Source: Eubacteriales bacterium
GTDB taxonomy: Bacteria > Bacillota > Clostridia > Oscillospirales > CAG-272
Direction: 5' to 3'
Assembly: GCA_045644325.1 (NCBI GenBank)
Contig: JAZRGT010000010.1
Coordinates: 48,596-112,595 of the forward strand
DNA length: 64,000 nt
The notes below the pieces were generated by a model. The model was given only the letters and a program-made list of their open reading frames with translations, did no database searches and had not been told where the DNA came from. The position numbers and the translations under genes are program-made. Below are positions 56,325 through 64,000 of the stretch, in pieces; the stretch's first letter is position 1; each line of letters starts with the position of its first letter.

Positions 56325-57628
56325 TTTATTACACATCCGCGTTCTTCAATAAATTTGTTGAGCTCATCGAGAGGCAAGGAATATACAGCTTCGTTCTTAT
56401 CGCACGCAATAGATGCCGCCACACCTGCACATTCACCGATGCTCATTAACGTTGCCTGAACGCGAAGCGAAGCGTAAGGCTTGCTCTCCGCCGAAATGCA
56501 TCTTCCTGCTGCTATTACGTTATCAAGCGAGTAGGATACCATAGTTTCGTAGGGAACATAACTGTTTTGATCAAAATATATGAGCACCTGATCGTCATCC
56601 TTCGCTTTATGTATATCCACGGGATGAGCGCATTGAGCTACAGGACAAAGGCAAGAAAGTCCATTGCAAAAATCTTCATCCGTTAAGGTATATACGCCCT
56701 TGATATTGCGGGTTTCGCGAATGCCTGCATTAATACCCGAAACTACAATTTCGGCATCTTTGAATTCAGGATACTTAGCTTTCAGCATATCAATGAGCTT
56801 GAACATATCTCTGTGCAAGCGTCCCTCGGCTTCGGTATAAGCCTGTCTGTCTGACGCGTCGCATTGCGCGCGCGTGATATTAACAGCCAGACTGTTTCCT
56901 TTGAGAAGGACGTTGAACCAAGGACCGCCAAACTGAGGAATCTCTTCTGTCTTGCCAAGCTCGGCAAGATAATCGTGAATTTCCTTATTAACTGAACTTC
57001 CGTGCTTGCCGTCGTGATGTATGCAATACTTCAAAAGATCGGTGCTTGTGTCCACTCCCGTGATAACAAAGCACAAGGACATCGGCTGAAGCTCATTTTT
57101 CTTTTCTAACATTGGTGCACCGGCGCTGACGAATAAGTCCGCATCACCGGTCGCATCAATGAAAACCTTGCCCGCGATCGCTTCGTAACCGTTTTTACTG
57201 TTGATAATGACGTGAGTTACCTTGTTGCCTTCCTTTATACAATCAGCAAAATAGGAATTGGTATAAATATCAACACCTGATTCTTCGAGCATTTGTCTTG
57301 CGATGAGCTTATAATATTCGGGGTTTACGGAAACGTGTCCCTTGGGGTACTCGACCATTGCGGCACCAAGTTCTTCAAGTCTTTCTACAAACTCCCAAGC
57401 AATTCCGCCTACAACTCGCTTGCCTCTGAAAAAGAATCCGCTGATCGGAACAACATAGCCAGCCGTTGCGGTTCCGCCTATGAATCCGTATCGTTCAATA
57501 AGCGCTGTCTTCTTCCCCGCTCTCGCTGAGGACACAGCTGCAACCCATCCCGCGGGGCCTCCCCCACAGATAACGGTATCATATGATGCGATGACTTTTA
57601 TTTCTCTGTTGATACTAACAAAACTCAT
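56321..57628 (-). CDS. FAD-dependent oxidoreductase (FAD_oxidored-type)
   Basis: Dinucleotide fold DTVICGGGPAGWVAA, IDATGDADL and C-terminal AAGRCIS...GECAGVAA. Confidence 0.7.
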   Translation of the reverse strand: MSFVSINREIKVIASYDTVICGGGPAGWVAAVSSARAGKKTALIERYGFIGGTATAGYVVPISGFFFRGKRVVGGIAWEFVERLEELGAAMVEYPKGHVSVNPEYYKLIARQMLEESGVDIYTNSYFADCIKEGNKVTHVIINSKNGYEAIAGKVFIDATGDADLFVSAGAPMLEKKNELQPMSLCFVITGVDTSTDLLKYCIHHDGKHGSSVNKEIHDYLAELGKTEEIPQFGGPWFNVLLKGNSLAVNITRAQCDASDRQAYTEAEGRLHRDMFKLIDMLKAKYPEFKDAEIVVSGINAGIRETRNIKGVYTLTDEDFCNGLSCLCPVAQCAHPVDIHKAKDDDQVLIYFDQNSYVPYETMVSYSLDNVIAAGRCISAESKPYASLRVQATLMSIGECAGVAASIACDKNEAVYSLPLDELNKFIEERGCVIK

Positions 57629-57641
57629 ATTTATACCTCAA

Positions 57642-58070
57642 TTAATTCAATCGTTTTTTCATCCAAATATGCGGACAGCCTTCATCCAATTCGATTTCTC
57701 CGAATTCGTGATATCCGCATTTTTGATAAAACTGCTTGGCTCTCAGCTGAGAATGCAAATGAATGTATTCAGCTCCTTTTGCACGCGCCGACTGTTCGGC
57801 AGAAGAAAGCAGTGCACTTCCGACCTTCGATTTTCTGAAATCCTTTAATACCGCAAGACGCCCCAAATAATAGATTTCATCGGAATCCTCGGTGAAAATT
57901 CTACACGTTCCGATCGGGACTCCCGAATCATCATACGCTACAAAATGTACGGCACGGCAATCCACTGTATCAAATTCCTCTTGAAATCCCTGCTCTTTAA
58001 CAAAAACTTCTTCTCTGATAACTTTAGAGTCTTCGGGGAGTTTATCGTAAACTTTTATTTTCATATTCAT
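57642..58070 (-). CDS. GNAT family N-acetyltransferase
   Basis: About 142 aa with GNAT core YLGRLAVLKDFRKSKVGSALL. Start trimmed to the ATG behind GGAG. Confidence 0.7.
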   Translation of the reverse strand: MNMKIKVYDKLPEDSKVIREEVFVKEQGFQEEFDTVDCRAVHFVAYDDSGVPIGTCRIFTEDSDEIYYLGRLAVLKDFRKSKVGSALLSSAEQSARAKGAEYIHLHSQLRAKQFYQKCGYHEFGEIELDEGCPHIWMKKRLN

Positions 58071-58074
58071 TATG

Positions 58075-58953
58075 TTACTCCGATCTTCCGAGCAAATATA
58101 CTGCGGCAAGAATAAGCACTATACCGACAATCGACGGTATATCGGGTATTTCAAGAAACAGCACGGCGCTGAATACTGTTGCCGCCATAGGCTCAACCAC
58201 GCTGAGCGCCGAAGCAATACCCGCGGGCAGATGCTTCATCGACCAGGTAAACAGGAAATACGGCATAACAAACGTAACTATACCAAGTCCGATACAAAGC
58301 GGAACGGTAGGCATCGGTGCGGATGCGACGTTACCGATAAGATCAGCGGGATTACAGATCGCTAACGAAATAACACTCATAAACATAAAGCTATATAAGG
58401 TAACTGTAACCGGCTCGAGCTTTTTCTGCATTGATACTTTAGTAAGTATGTTATACGCCGCATAAACAAAGCTTGTAAGTATGCCGACGAGTATACCTGC
58501 AATATTAAATTTCAGTCCGGTAATTATTCCGGAAACAAGACAGCAGCCCAGAAGCATCATTATGAGCGCGACAAGCTTTCCTTTAGAAAACTTTTCTCCG
58601 AAGAAAATAACAGAAAACAGCATTACGTAAATCGGAGCGGTATACATAAGCACAACGGCTGTGGCGGCCGACGTCATCTGCATTGCAGAATAGTAGCAGA
58701 ATGCGGTACCAAAGAGTGTTGCGCCTATAACAGCACATAGTAAAAGATCCTTAAATTTGATCTTGAACAGCTTTCTGTTTGAAATCAGCGCGTAAACGAG
58801 CATACATATAAAGGATACAGTACCTCTTACCGCGGTCATTTGCTGAGAGGTGAAACCGTGCGGGGCAAGATAATGCACAAAGATCGGAGACGTACCCCAA
58901 CCGATTCCCGCCAGAATTATAAAAGCGAATGAGAGAGATTTTTTGTTTGTCAT
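58075..58953 (-). CDS. EamA/DMT-family transporter
   Basis: 292 aa with ten predicted TM helices in two EamA-like halves. Confidence 0.75.
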   Translation of the reverse strand: MTNKKSLSFAFIILAGIGWGTSPIFVHYLAPHGFTSQQMTAVRGTVSFICMLVYALISNRKLFKIKFKDLLLCAVIGATLFGTAFCYYSAMQMTSAATAVVLMYTAPIYVMLFSVIFFGEKFSKGKLVALIMMLLGCCLVSGIITGLKFNIAGILVGILTSFVYAAYNILTKVSMQKKLEPVTVTLYSFMFMSVISLAICNPADLIGNVASAPMPTVPLCIGLGIVTFVMPYFLFTWSMKHLPAGIASALSVVEPMAATVFSAVLFLEIPDIPSIVGIVLILAAVYLLGRSE

Positions 58954-58974
58954 TCGGAATAAATACCTTTAAAA

Positions 58975-60612
58975 TTATTTATTGTTGCTCGGAATCTTTG
59001 CACCCTTTCCGAGTCTGTCCGAAACAGCATTATAGATGCGCTGATAATCGTTTGTAAGAATAGTGTCGATTCCCATATCCAAGAAGTAATTTGCCTTCTC
59101 TGCTGTATCACAGTAGAAATAGTTGCAAATTATTCCGTGTTCATGTGCAAGAGTAACCTTCTCGGGTGTAATATGCTCCTTAAAGAACTGAACCATTTCG
59201 CAACCGAGTTCAATTGCTCGCTCTACTACAAAATCCTTAGCGTCACCGCCACCGACACATCTCTTGAGATGCGGTGCAAGCGCGCCGAGCTGTTTGAGTA
59301 CTTCGTCGTTTCCGGACATAAAGTAAATGTACTTGTCGCAGTCGTAAATATCGATGAGGCTTATTATCTTCTTAAGATAGCTTTCAGGCAGAGGATTCTT
59401 GTTATCACGTGATTTAATATGAATATTCATAATAACGTGACTCGAGAACTTTTTAAGTATATCTTCAAACGTAATAACCTTTAAGCCGTCATATACACCG
59501 TCAAAGCCTTTTCCGAAGTTAAATTTGCGAAGCTCTTCGAGTGTGTAATCCCATACGTATCCGGTTCCGTCGGAAACTCTGTCAAGCTTGCTGTCATGGA
59601 TAGAAACGATCTCGCCGTCCTTTGTTTCCCAGAGGTCAAATTCGATCTCGGTCGCACCGAGAGCAACGGCAGCACCAAACGCGGGAAGGCTGTTTTCGGG
59701 GGCGGCGGTATTGAATCCTCGATGTGCACAAAGTCTCGGATAAGACGCAAGATGATCGGGCAGAGCTATCGCGCTACCTGCAGGTCTGTACTTCCAAGGT
59801 CTTCTGCCGTGTTCGATATACTCATAATGCGCAATTTCAGGATTGCCGAAGCCTGCCGGCTTATAATATTTTTTAGCAGGATCAAATTCGCACACTTCCA
59901 TTCCAACTCGCGACTTCATATCGATAATAGTTGTGCCGTCAGCTGCAACTACCATGCTTCCTCCGCCGATAGTCTTATCCTCTCCCATGCTTACGGAAGA
60001 ACGAACAACGTAGGCGTTAGTGTTATAAGCGAGGAATCTGCACATCATATCAAGTGCATCCTGTCTGTCGGTACGCTGATGTGAACAACCGATAATTATA
60101 TCGGGATGGCGACGTGCGATATTCGCAAAGCTCTCGTAGAAATAGAAATCGTAGCAAGTAAGGAAGCAATATCTTATGCCGTCAATGTCAATGTAAGTGG
60201 GTTCGGAGAATTCATAAGAATATTGACTGTCAAGCTCACGATTAAATACTTCACCGTTGGTCGGGTGCTGTTTAAAATAGTGTCCGACAATATTTCCGCT
60301 TCTGTCAAATGCATATGTGGTATTACGAAGTCCGACACCCGAATCGTAAAGCGCGTTAATAAAAAGCACACTGTTGCATCTTTTAGCAGTTTCAGATGCT
60401 TTATCAAGAATCGCTTTGTTATATCTGCGATAGCTTTCGCGGTGCTGCTCGAAGGTCTTGGCATACGCGGGAACGTCGGTAGATTCGGGAAGTACGATAA
60501 GATCCATACTCTCATCGCATTTATCCATAATATCAAGCTGCCACTTAAAAAGCTTTTCGGAATCATTCCAATCGGCAGAATACAAGGGTTGAATTATACA
60601 AACTTTCATCAT
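58975..60612 (-). CDS. carbon-nitrogen hydrolase (nitrilase superfamily) / glycerophosphodiester phosphodiesterase fusion protein
   Basis: The N-terminal half has Glu (LIVLPE), Lys (HYFKQHP) and Cys (LTCYDFYFYE). The C-terminal half has the GDPD motifs CAHRG...PENSLPAF...EIEFDLWETKDGEIVSIHD. Confidence 0.75.
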   Translation of the reverse strand: MMKVCIIQPLYSADWNDSEKLFKWQLDIMDKCDESMDLIVLPESTDVPAYAKTFEQHRESYRRYNKAILDKASETAKRCNSVLFINALYDSGVGLRNTTYAFDRSGNIVGHYFKQHPTNGEVFNRELDSQYSYEFSEPTYIDIDGIRYCFLTCYDFYFYESFANIARRHPDIIIGCSHQRTDRQDALDMMCRFLAYNTNAYVVRSSVSMGEDKTIGGGSMVVAADGTTIIDMKSRVGMEVCEFDPAKKYYKPAGFGNPEIAHYEYIEHGRRPWKYRPAGSAIALPDHLASYPRLCAHRGFNTAAPENSLPAFGAAVALGATEIEFDLWETKDGEIVSIHDSKLDRVSDGTGYVWDYTLEELRKFNFGKGFDGVYDGLKVITFEDILKKFSSHVIMNIHIKSRDNKNPLPESYLKKIISLIDIYDCDKYIYFMSGNDEVLKQLGALAPHLKRCVGGGDAKDFVVERAIELGCEMVQFFKEHITPEKVTLAHEHGIICNYFYCDTAEKANYFLDMGIDTILTNDYQRIYNAVSDRLGKGAKIPSNNK

Positions 60613-60625
60613 AAGCTCTCCTTGG

Positions 60626-62011
60626 TCAATAAATCTTCATAGGCAACGGCGAGGAAAGAATATCGTCCATAACAACGTAAACGTTTCTTAAATCAGGATT
60701 CTTTCTCATCATATATGCGCGGGATCTGATAACGCCGGTATTATGTGTATTAAGTCCCTCTCCGCAATCGCTGTACCAGAATTTTTCACCGACAGGCCAG
60801 ATATATGCGTCAGCATCTATCATTTCATAGCACATTGCAGATACGTTTCCGCATCCGTGGTGGCCAACCTGAACGATATCGCTCTTAAGCTTGTCCGCGC
60901 AATTCTCGGTAAGATCGTTACTGCACACCCATTCTGCATCGCCGAGAAGCATCATAGTCTGTCCGCCGTCGTAGGTCATTTTATAGACAACGCTCGAGTC
61001 ATTCATATTCATTTTGTCAGCAAAAGCAAGATCGGGGACGTGGATCACTTCAAATTCGATCTCGTCAACCGCAATTTTCTCGCCTTTCTTGACGGTATGA
61101 ACCGTTGCACCCGTGGGAGACTCCGATGAGATCATAGCGGAACGAATGAAATTGGCGTCAGTAACCTTTTCTTTAGCAAGCTTTGTATAGAACTCCTCAG
61201 TCAGAAGATCGCAATAGAACGTACCTACTGTCACCTTACCGCGGAACTTTTCATTTGTGCAAAGGGTATAATATACACCGTAATGATCGGTATGCATATG
61301 CGAGAAAAGCCAAGCGTCCACGTGGGGTACTTCTCTGCCGCTTATCTTTTGAAGAATGCGCAAAAATCTTTCTGTATCGGGGATGCGCCCGCCGTCAATA
61401 ACAGCTATTTTGCCCTCTCTCGACTTAAAGATCATACCTCCCATATTACAATGAAGTTCCTCTGCGCCTTGCAAGGTGTAGAACGCCGCACCGTCAAACA
61501 AGACGGGATCCTTGGCTCTTAAAGCCTCTTTTGTAAATTCATAACTATAATTATCGGGAATCACAATATCGGGATTTTCGGGAATGTCTATATATGAACC
61601 GTAAAGAAAATCATAACCGAGGATATCCTCAACGAAATGATAAGCAGCCATTACTGTACCGATCTTTCCGTCGTCAAGATGCTTATATGCAGAGGTGTAA
61701 GAACCTTCACTTTCCGGGGGACAACCGAGACCGGTGAGGTACAGTCTTGTTCCTACCGTTTTAATGAAATATTCCCAAACGCCGCCGGATGAGTTATCTC
61801 TATAGCGGTTAATAACCAATCCATCAAATTTCTCTCGGTTGGTTTCGCCGACTACTATTTCATTTTCAATCGCAGGTTGAGTATCATTTACAATTGGAAT
61901 CAGCTTTCCGTACACAAGACGGATATTATCGCGAATAAACGCAGCGGCGCGCCGTTCGTTTTCTGTTGCATTTGGGGAAACAACTATAACGTAATCGGTA
62001 ACTTTTTTCAT
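60626..62011 (-). CDS. MBL-fold metallo-hydrolase with N-terminal alpha/beta domain (cytoplasmic paralogue of 27178-29385)
   Basis: FSHMHTDHYG (HxHxDH) and QVGHHG. The N-terminal domain (DYVIVVSPNATENERRAAAFI...NEIVVGETNRE) is related to the repeat in the lipoprotein paralogue. Start at ATG 62011 behind GAGGAAG. Confidence 0.7.
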   Translation of the reverse strand: MKKVTDYVIVVSPNATENERRAAAFIRDNIRLVYGKLIPIVNDTQPAIENEIVVGETNREKFDGLVINRYRDNSSGGVWEYFIKTVGTRLYLTGLGCPPESEGSYTSAYKHLDDGKIGTVMAAYHFVEDILGYDFLYGSYIDIPENPDIVIPDNYSYEFTKEALRAKDPVLFDGAAFYTLQGAEELHCNMGGMIFKSREGKIAVIDGGRIPDTERFLRILQKISGREVPHVDAWLFSHMHTDHYGVYYTLCTNEKFRGKVTVGTFYCDLLTEEFYTKLAKEKVTDANFIRSAMISSESPTGATVHTVKKGEKIAVDEIEFEVIHVPDLAFADKMNMNDSSVVYKMTYDGGQTMMLLGDAEWVCSNDLTENCADKLKSDIVQVGHHGCGNVSAMCYEMIDADAYIWPVGEKFWYSDCGEGLNTHNTGVIRSRAYMMRKNPDLRNVYVVMDDILSSPLPMKIY

Positions 62012-62021
62012 AATGTCTTCC

Positions 62022-62972
62022 TCAATCAATATTCAGTCCAACGATCTTTGTTGCTCCGAATAACTTTCCGAATATGTATTTTGTTGACGCACTTTCGGTA
62101 AGGGTTATGATCTTTCCATCATAATGATCAAGATCCTCTCCCATTGCGGGTCCGTGGATCTCTTTTTCGAGATTGTCAAGATAATATACGGGTGCGCCGT
62201 CGAAGGTTTCATCTGAAACCTTTATGTCAGCAAGATTGTATACATAGTAAACCGTATCTGTCAAGCCGTAGGATGTTGACAGCACAACCTTTCCGTCGGG
62301 AGTAAAGCATATTCCCTGTACGTTGTTGCGGAGCGTATAGACCGCTATGGGCGTTTCGAGATCGTTCAAGGCATACTTTGTGCAGATCGCGTAATGTGTA
62401 CCTTCCGCAGTTTCGTGATCGTGATTTTCGATCACGTATTTACCGCCGTCGTGGAATTCGCCAACGTAAAGGAACTCTTCGTCGGTATAAACGAAAGAAG
62501 CATTGGTATTGACCTTAGTTCCCGAGCCGATATCGACGATGTCACCGTTCTTTGCGGAAAGCACCGACTCAAGCGGGAAGGAATAAATCTTCTTCGCATT
62601 CGCTATATAAACGGTGTCCCCCGTAATAGCGAGACCGCCTGCGTGACCGGTGTATTTCTCGCCCGAGCGAGTCAGCTCTACATAATATGAATTACTTTCA
62701 AAATCAGTAACGTAGATTCTTGAATTGGATTTATCCTTCATATAGCCGCAAACGAGAATAACACCGTTATCTTCGGATACGGCAATTCCCTGACAAACAA
62801 AGCCATCGTTAAGTCCGGGATTTTTGCAGATATTTGTCTTGATAGAATAATATTCGCTGTAAATAAAGTGCTTTGCCACATTAAGTCCGATCACGGTAAG
62901 CAGAAACAAAGCAAGAACTCCGAGAATAATAAACATAACTACTTTTCCTACGATAAGAAGTATTTTTTTCAT
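62022..62972 (-). CDS. membrane-anchored hypothetical protein (beta-rich ectodomain)
   Basis: N-terminal TM helix ILLIVGKVVMFIILGVLALFLLTVIGL, then a beta-strand-rich domain. No family motif recognised. Confidence 0.45.
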   Translation of the reverse strand: MKKILLIVGKVVMFIILGVLALFLLTVIGLNVAKHFIYSEYYSIKTNICKNPGLNDGFVCQGIAVSEDNGVILVCGYMKDKSNSRIYVTDFESNSYYVELTRSGEKYTGHAGGLAITGDTVYIANAKKIYSFPLESVLSAKNGDIVDIGSGTKVNTNASFVYTDEEFLYVGEFHDGGKYVIENHDHETAEGTHYAICTKYALNDLETPIAVYTLRNNVQGICFTPDGKVVLSTSYGLTDTVYYVYNLADIKVSDETFDGAPVYYLDNLEKEIHGPAMGEDLDHYDGKIITLTESASTKYIFGKLFGATKIVGLNID

Positions 62973-62985
62973 AATATCAAATTCC

Positions 62986-64000
62986 TTAAATAATAGATTC
63001 TTCGTGGAGAACGACGCCGTATTTTTCAAGCTTTCCTTGGAGCGCGGAAATATCTATTGATGAAAAATCGGCGGTCATAGCTGCTGCGGTTCCTGCGGCT
63101 TGTCCGGTAACGGCACAGCAAGGGATAACTCTCATAACGTCCCACAGCTCATCATCAACGGACGTACATCTTCCCGCCATAATCAGATTCTTGACAGAAG
63201 AATTGAAAAGCGTTGCGAAAGGCACCTCAAATATCGGACCGCGTTTTCTCCAATCGGAAACCATACCGATAGAATCGTCAAAGCGCTTGTGCATTTCGTC
63301 ATATGTAAGAGTGTAATCTCCGATAATCCTGCGAGTCATTCTGACCTGAGGAATAGTAGCAATTGTAGACACAACAGCCTCGGGATCGTTTTCTCTGCGT
63401 TTAAGCCAATCGTGAAGTATCTGTTCATGTGACATACGCGTCATAAGAGAAAGCTCCTCTGCTTCGAGCGCGGCATAGCGGTTTGAATACATTTCGCAGA
63501 CTTTCGCGTCCTCGGGAAGCTTTTTAGGCATTCGCGATCCGCCGAGCATTTTCAATTTATATCCTTCAGCATCGGTGAAGTAATACCACGCGGCAAGGAG
63601 ATTCCCCGGCTTGTATGTTTCGGTCGGCGCACCGGCAAATTTTGCGATATCCGCATCACCGGTTGCATCAACCACCGAATCAATATAGCAATCGGTTTTG
63701 CCCGTCTTATTAGCTACGGTGAGATATTCAATTTTATCATTTTTAACAGAAGCGTCAATAACATAGCTACCGTAAAGAATATCAACTCCCGCCCCGGTCA
63801 AAAGCTGTTCGGCAAGAATAGCGAAGACTTGCGCGTTATACTGAACTTGAAAGCGCTTGTCTTCTTCAGTTCTCGTACCGATACCGTCAAGCCAATTTTC
63901 TGGATACTTTGCCTCCGCGCCGTATGTGATAGAAAGCCGCAACAGCTCTTCGGCTATTCCAAAAGAGACCTGATGACCTACACCGTCGCAAAGAGGGAGA
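62986..64000 (-). CDS. FAD-dependent oxidoreductase (FAD_oxidored-type), 5'-truncated by the window edge
   Basis: The reading frame stays open to position 64000. VDATGDADI and MAGRCTS...TGQAAGTAAA parallel the paralogue at 56321-57628. Confidence 0.7.
   Translation of the reverse strand, partial: LPLCDGVGHQVSFGIAEELLRLSITYGAEAKYPENWLDGIGTRTEEDKRFQVQYNAQVFAILAEQLLTGAGVDILYGSYVIDASVKNDKIEYLTVANKTGKTDCYIDSVVDATGDADIAKFAGAPTETYKPGNLLAAWYYFTDAEGYKLKMLGGSRMPKKLPEDAKVCEMYSNRYAALEAEELSLMTRMSHEQILHDWLKRRENDPEAVVSTIATIPQVRMTRRIIGDYTLTYDEMHKRFDDSIGMVSDWRKRGPIFEVPFATLFNSSVKNLIMAGRCTSVDDELWDVMRVIPCCAVTGQAAGTAAAMTADFSSIDISALQGKLEKYGVVLHEESII

Noticed and set aside
1-64000. Scan by eye for CRISPR arrays, IS elements, integrases, prophage genes and long direct or inverted repeats
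   Set aside because: None was seen. The only repeated DNA noticed is the tRNA-Thr cassette duplication and the short internal repeat in the MBL lipoprotein gene. A proper self-dot-plot would be needed to exclude diverged repeats.

Overview
This 64-kb window looks like chromosomal DNA from a Gram-positive anaerobe, probably a gut or rumen Clostridia-class Firmicute. The evidence is TTGACA-17-TATAAT promoters, GGAGG-type ribosome-binding sites, a T-box leader, AddAB, sortase B and a Re-citrate-synthase-type TCA branch. It is densely coding, with about 56 genes in alternating strand blocks. I saw no transposase, integrase, phage gene, CRISPR array or recognisable defence system. The most interesting locus is at 3118-10086. 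A sigma-A promoter and a T-box leader, whose specifier loop aligns best with a GUC (Val) codon, precede seven tightly packed genes: an HTH-cupin-acyl-CoA-synthetase fusion, a P-loop NTPase, a four-subunit 2-oxoisovalerate-type ferredoxin oxidoreductase and IlvE. I read this as a tRNA-sensed reductive-carboxylation (salvage) route from a branched short-chain acid to valine. Other points worth a second look are listed here. (1) Two identical tRNA-Thr(GGU) genes each have their own promoter and terminator, and a third copy of the promoter module drives a metallo-beta-lactamase-fold (MBL) lipoprotein. (2) A run of at least ten genes on the minus strand (53400-64000) encodes unassigned enzymes, including a nitrilase-GDPD fusion, two FAD-oxidoreductase paralogues and a second MBL paralogue. 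(3) A sortase-B / RlmA-like / GT2 / secreted lectin-peptidase operon has no visible sortase substrate. (4) Two enzymes show substitutions at canonical catalytic histidines. The remaining genes are housekeeping or generic functions: SDR, ABC exporters, GH4, CNNM pair, HtrA with a two-component system, QueG-like, AddAB, citrate-to-2-oxoglutarate branch, Udp and RNase HI. All calls come from motif reading of the supplied ORF track and the raw sequence, with no database search. Hand-indexed motif coordinates may be off by 1-2 nt.
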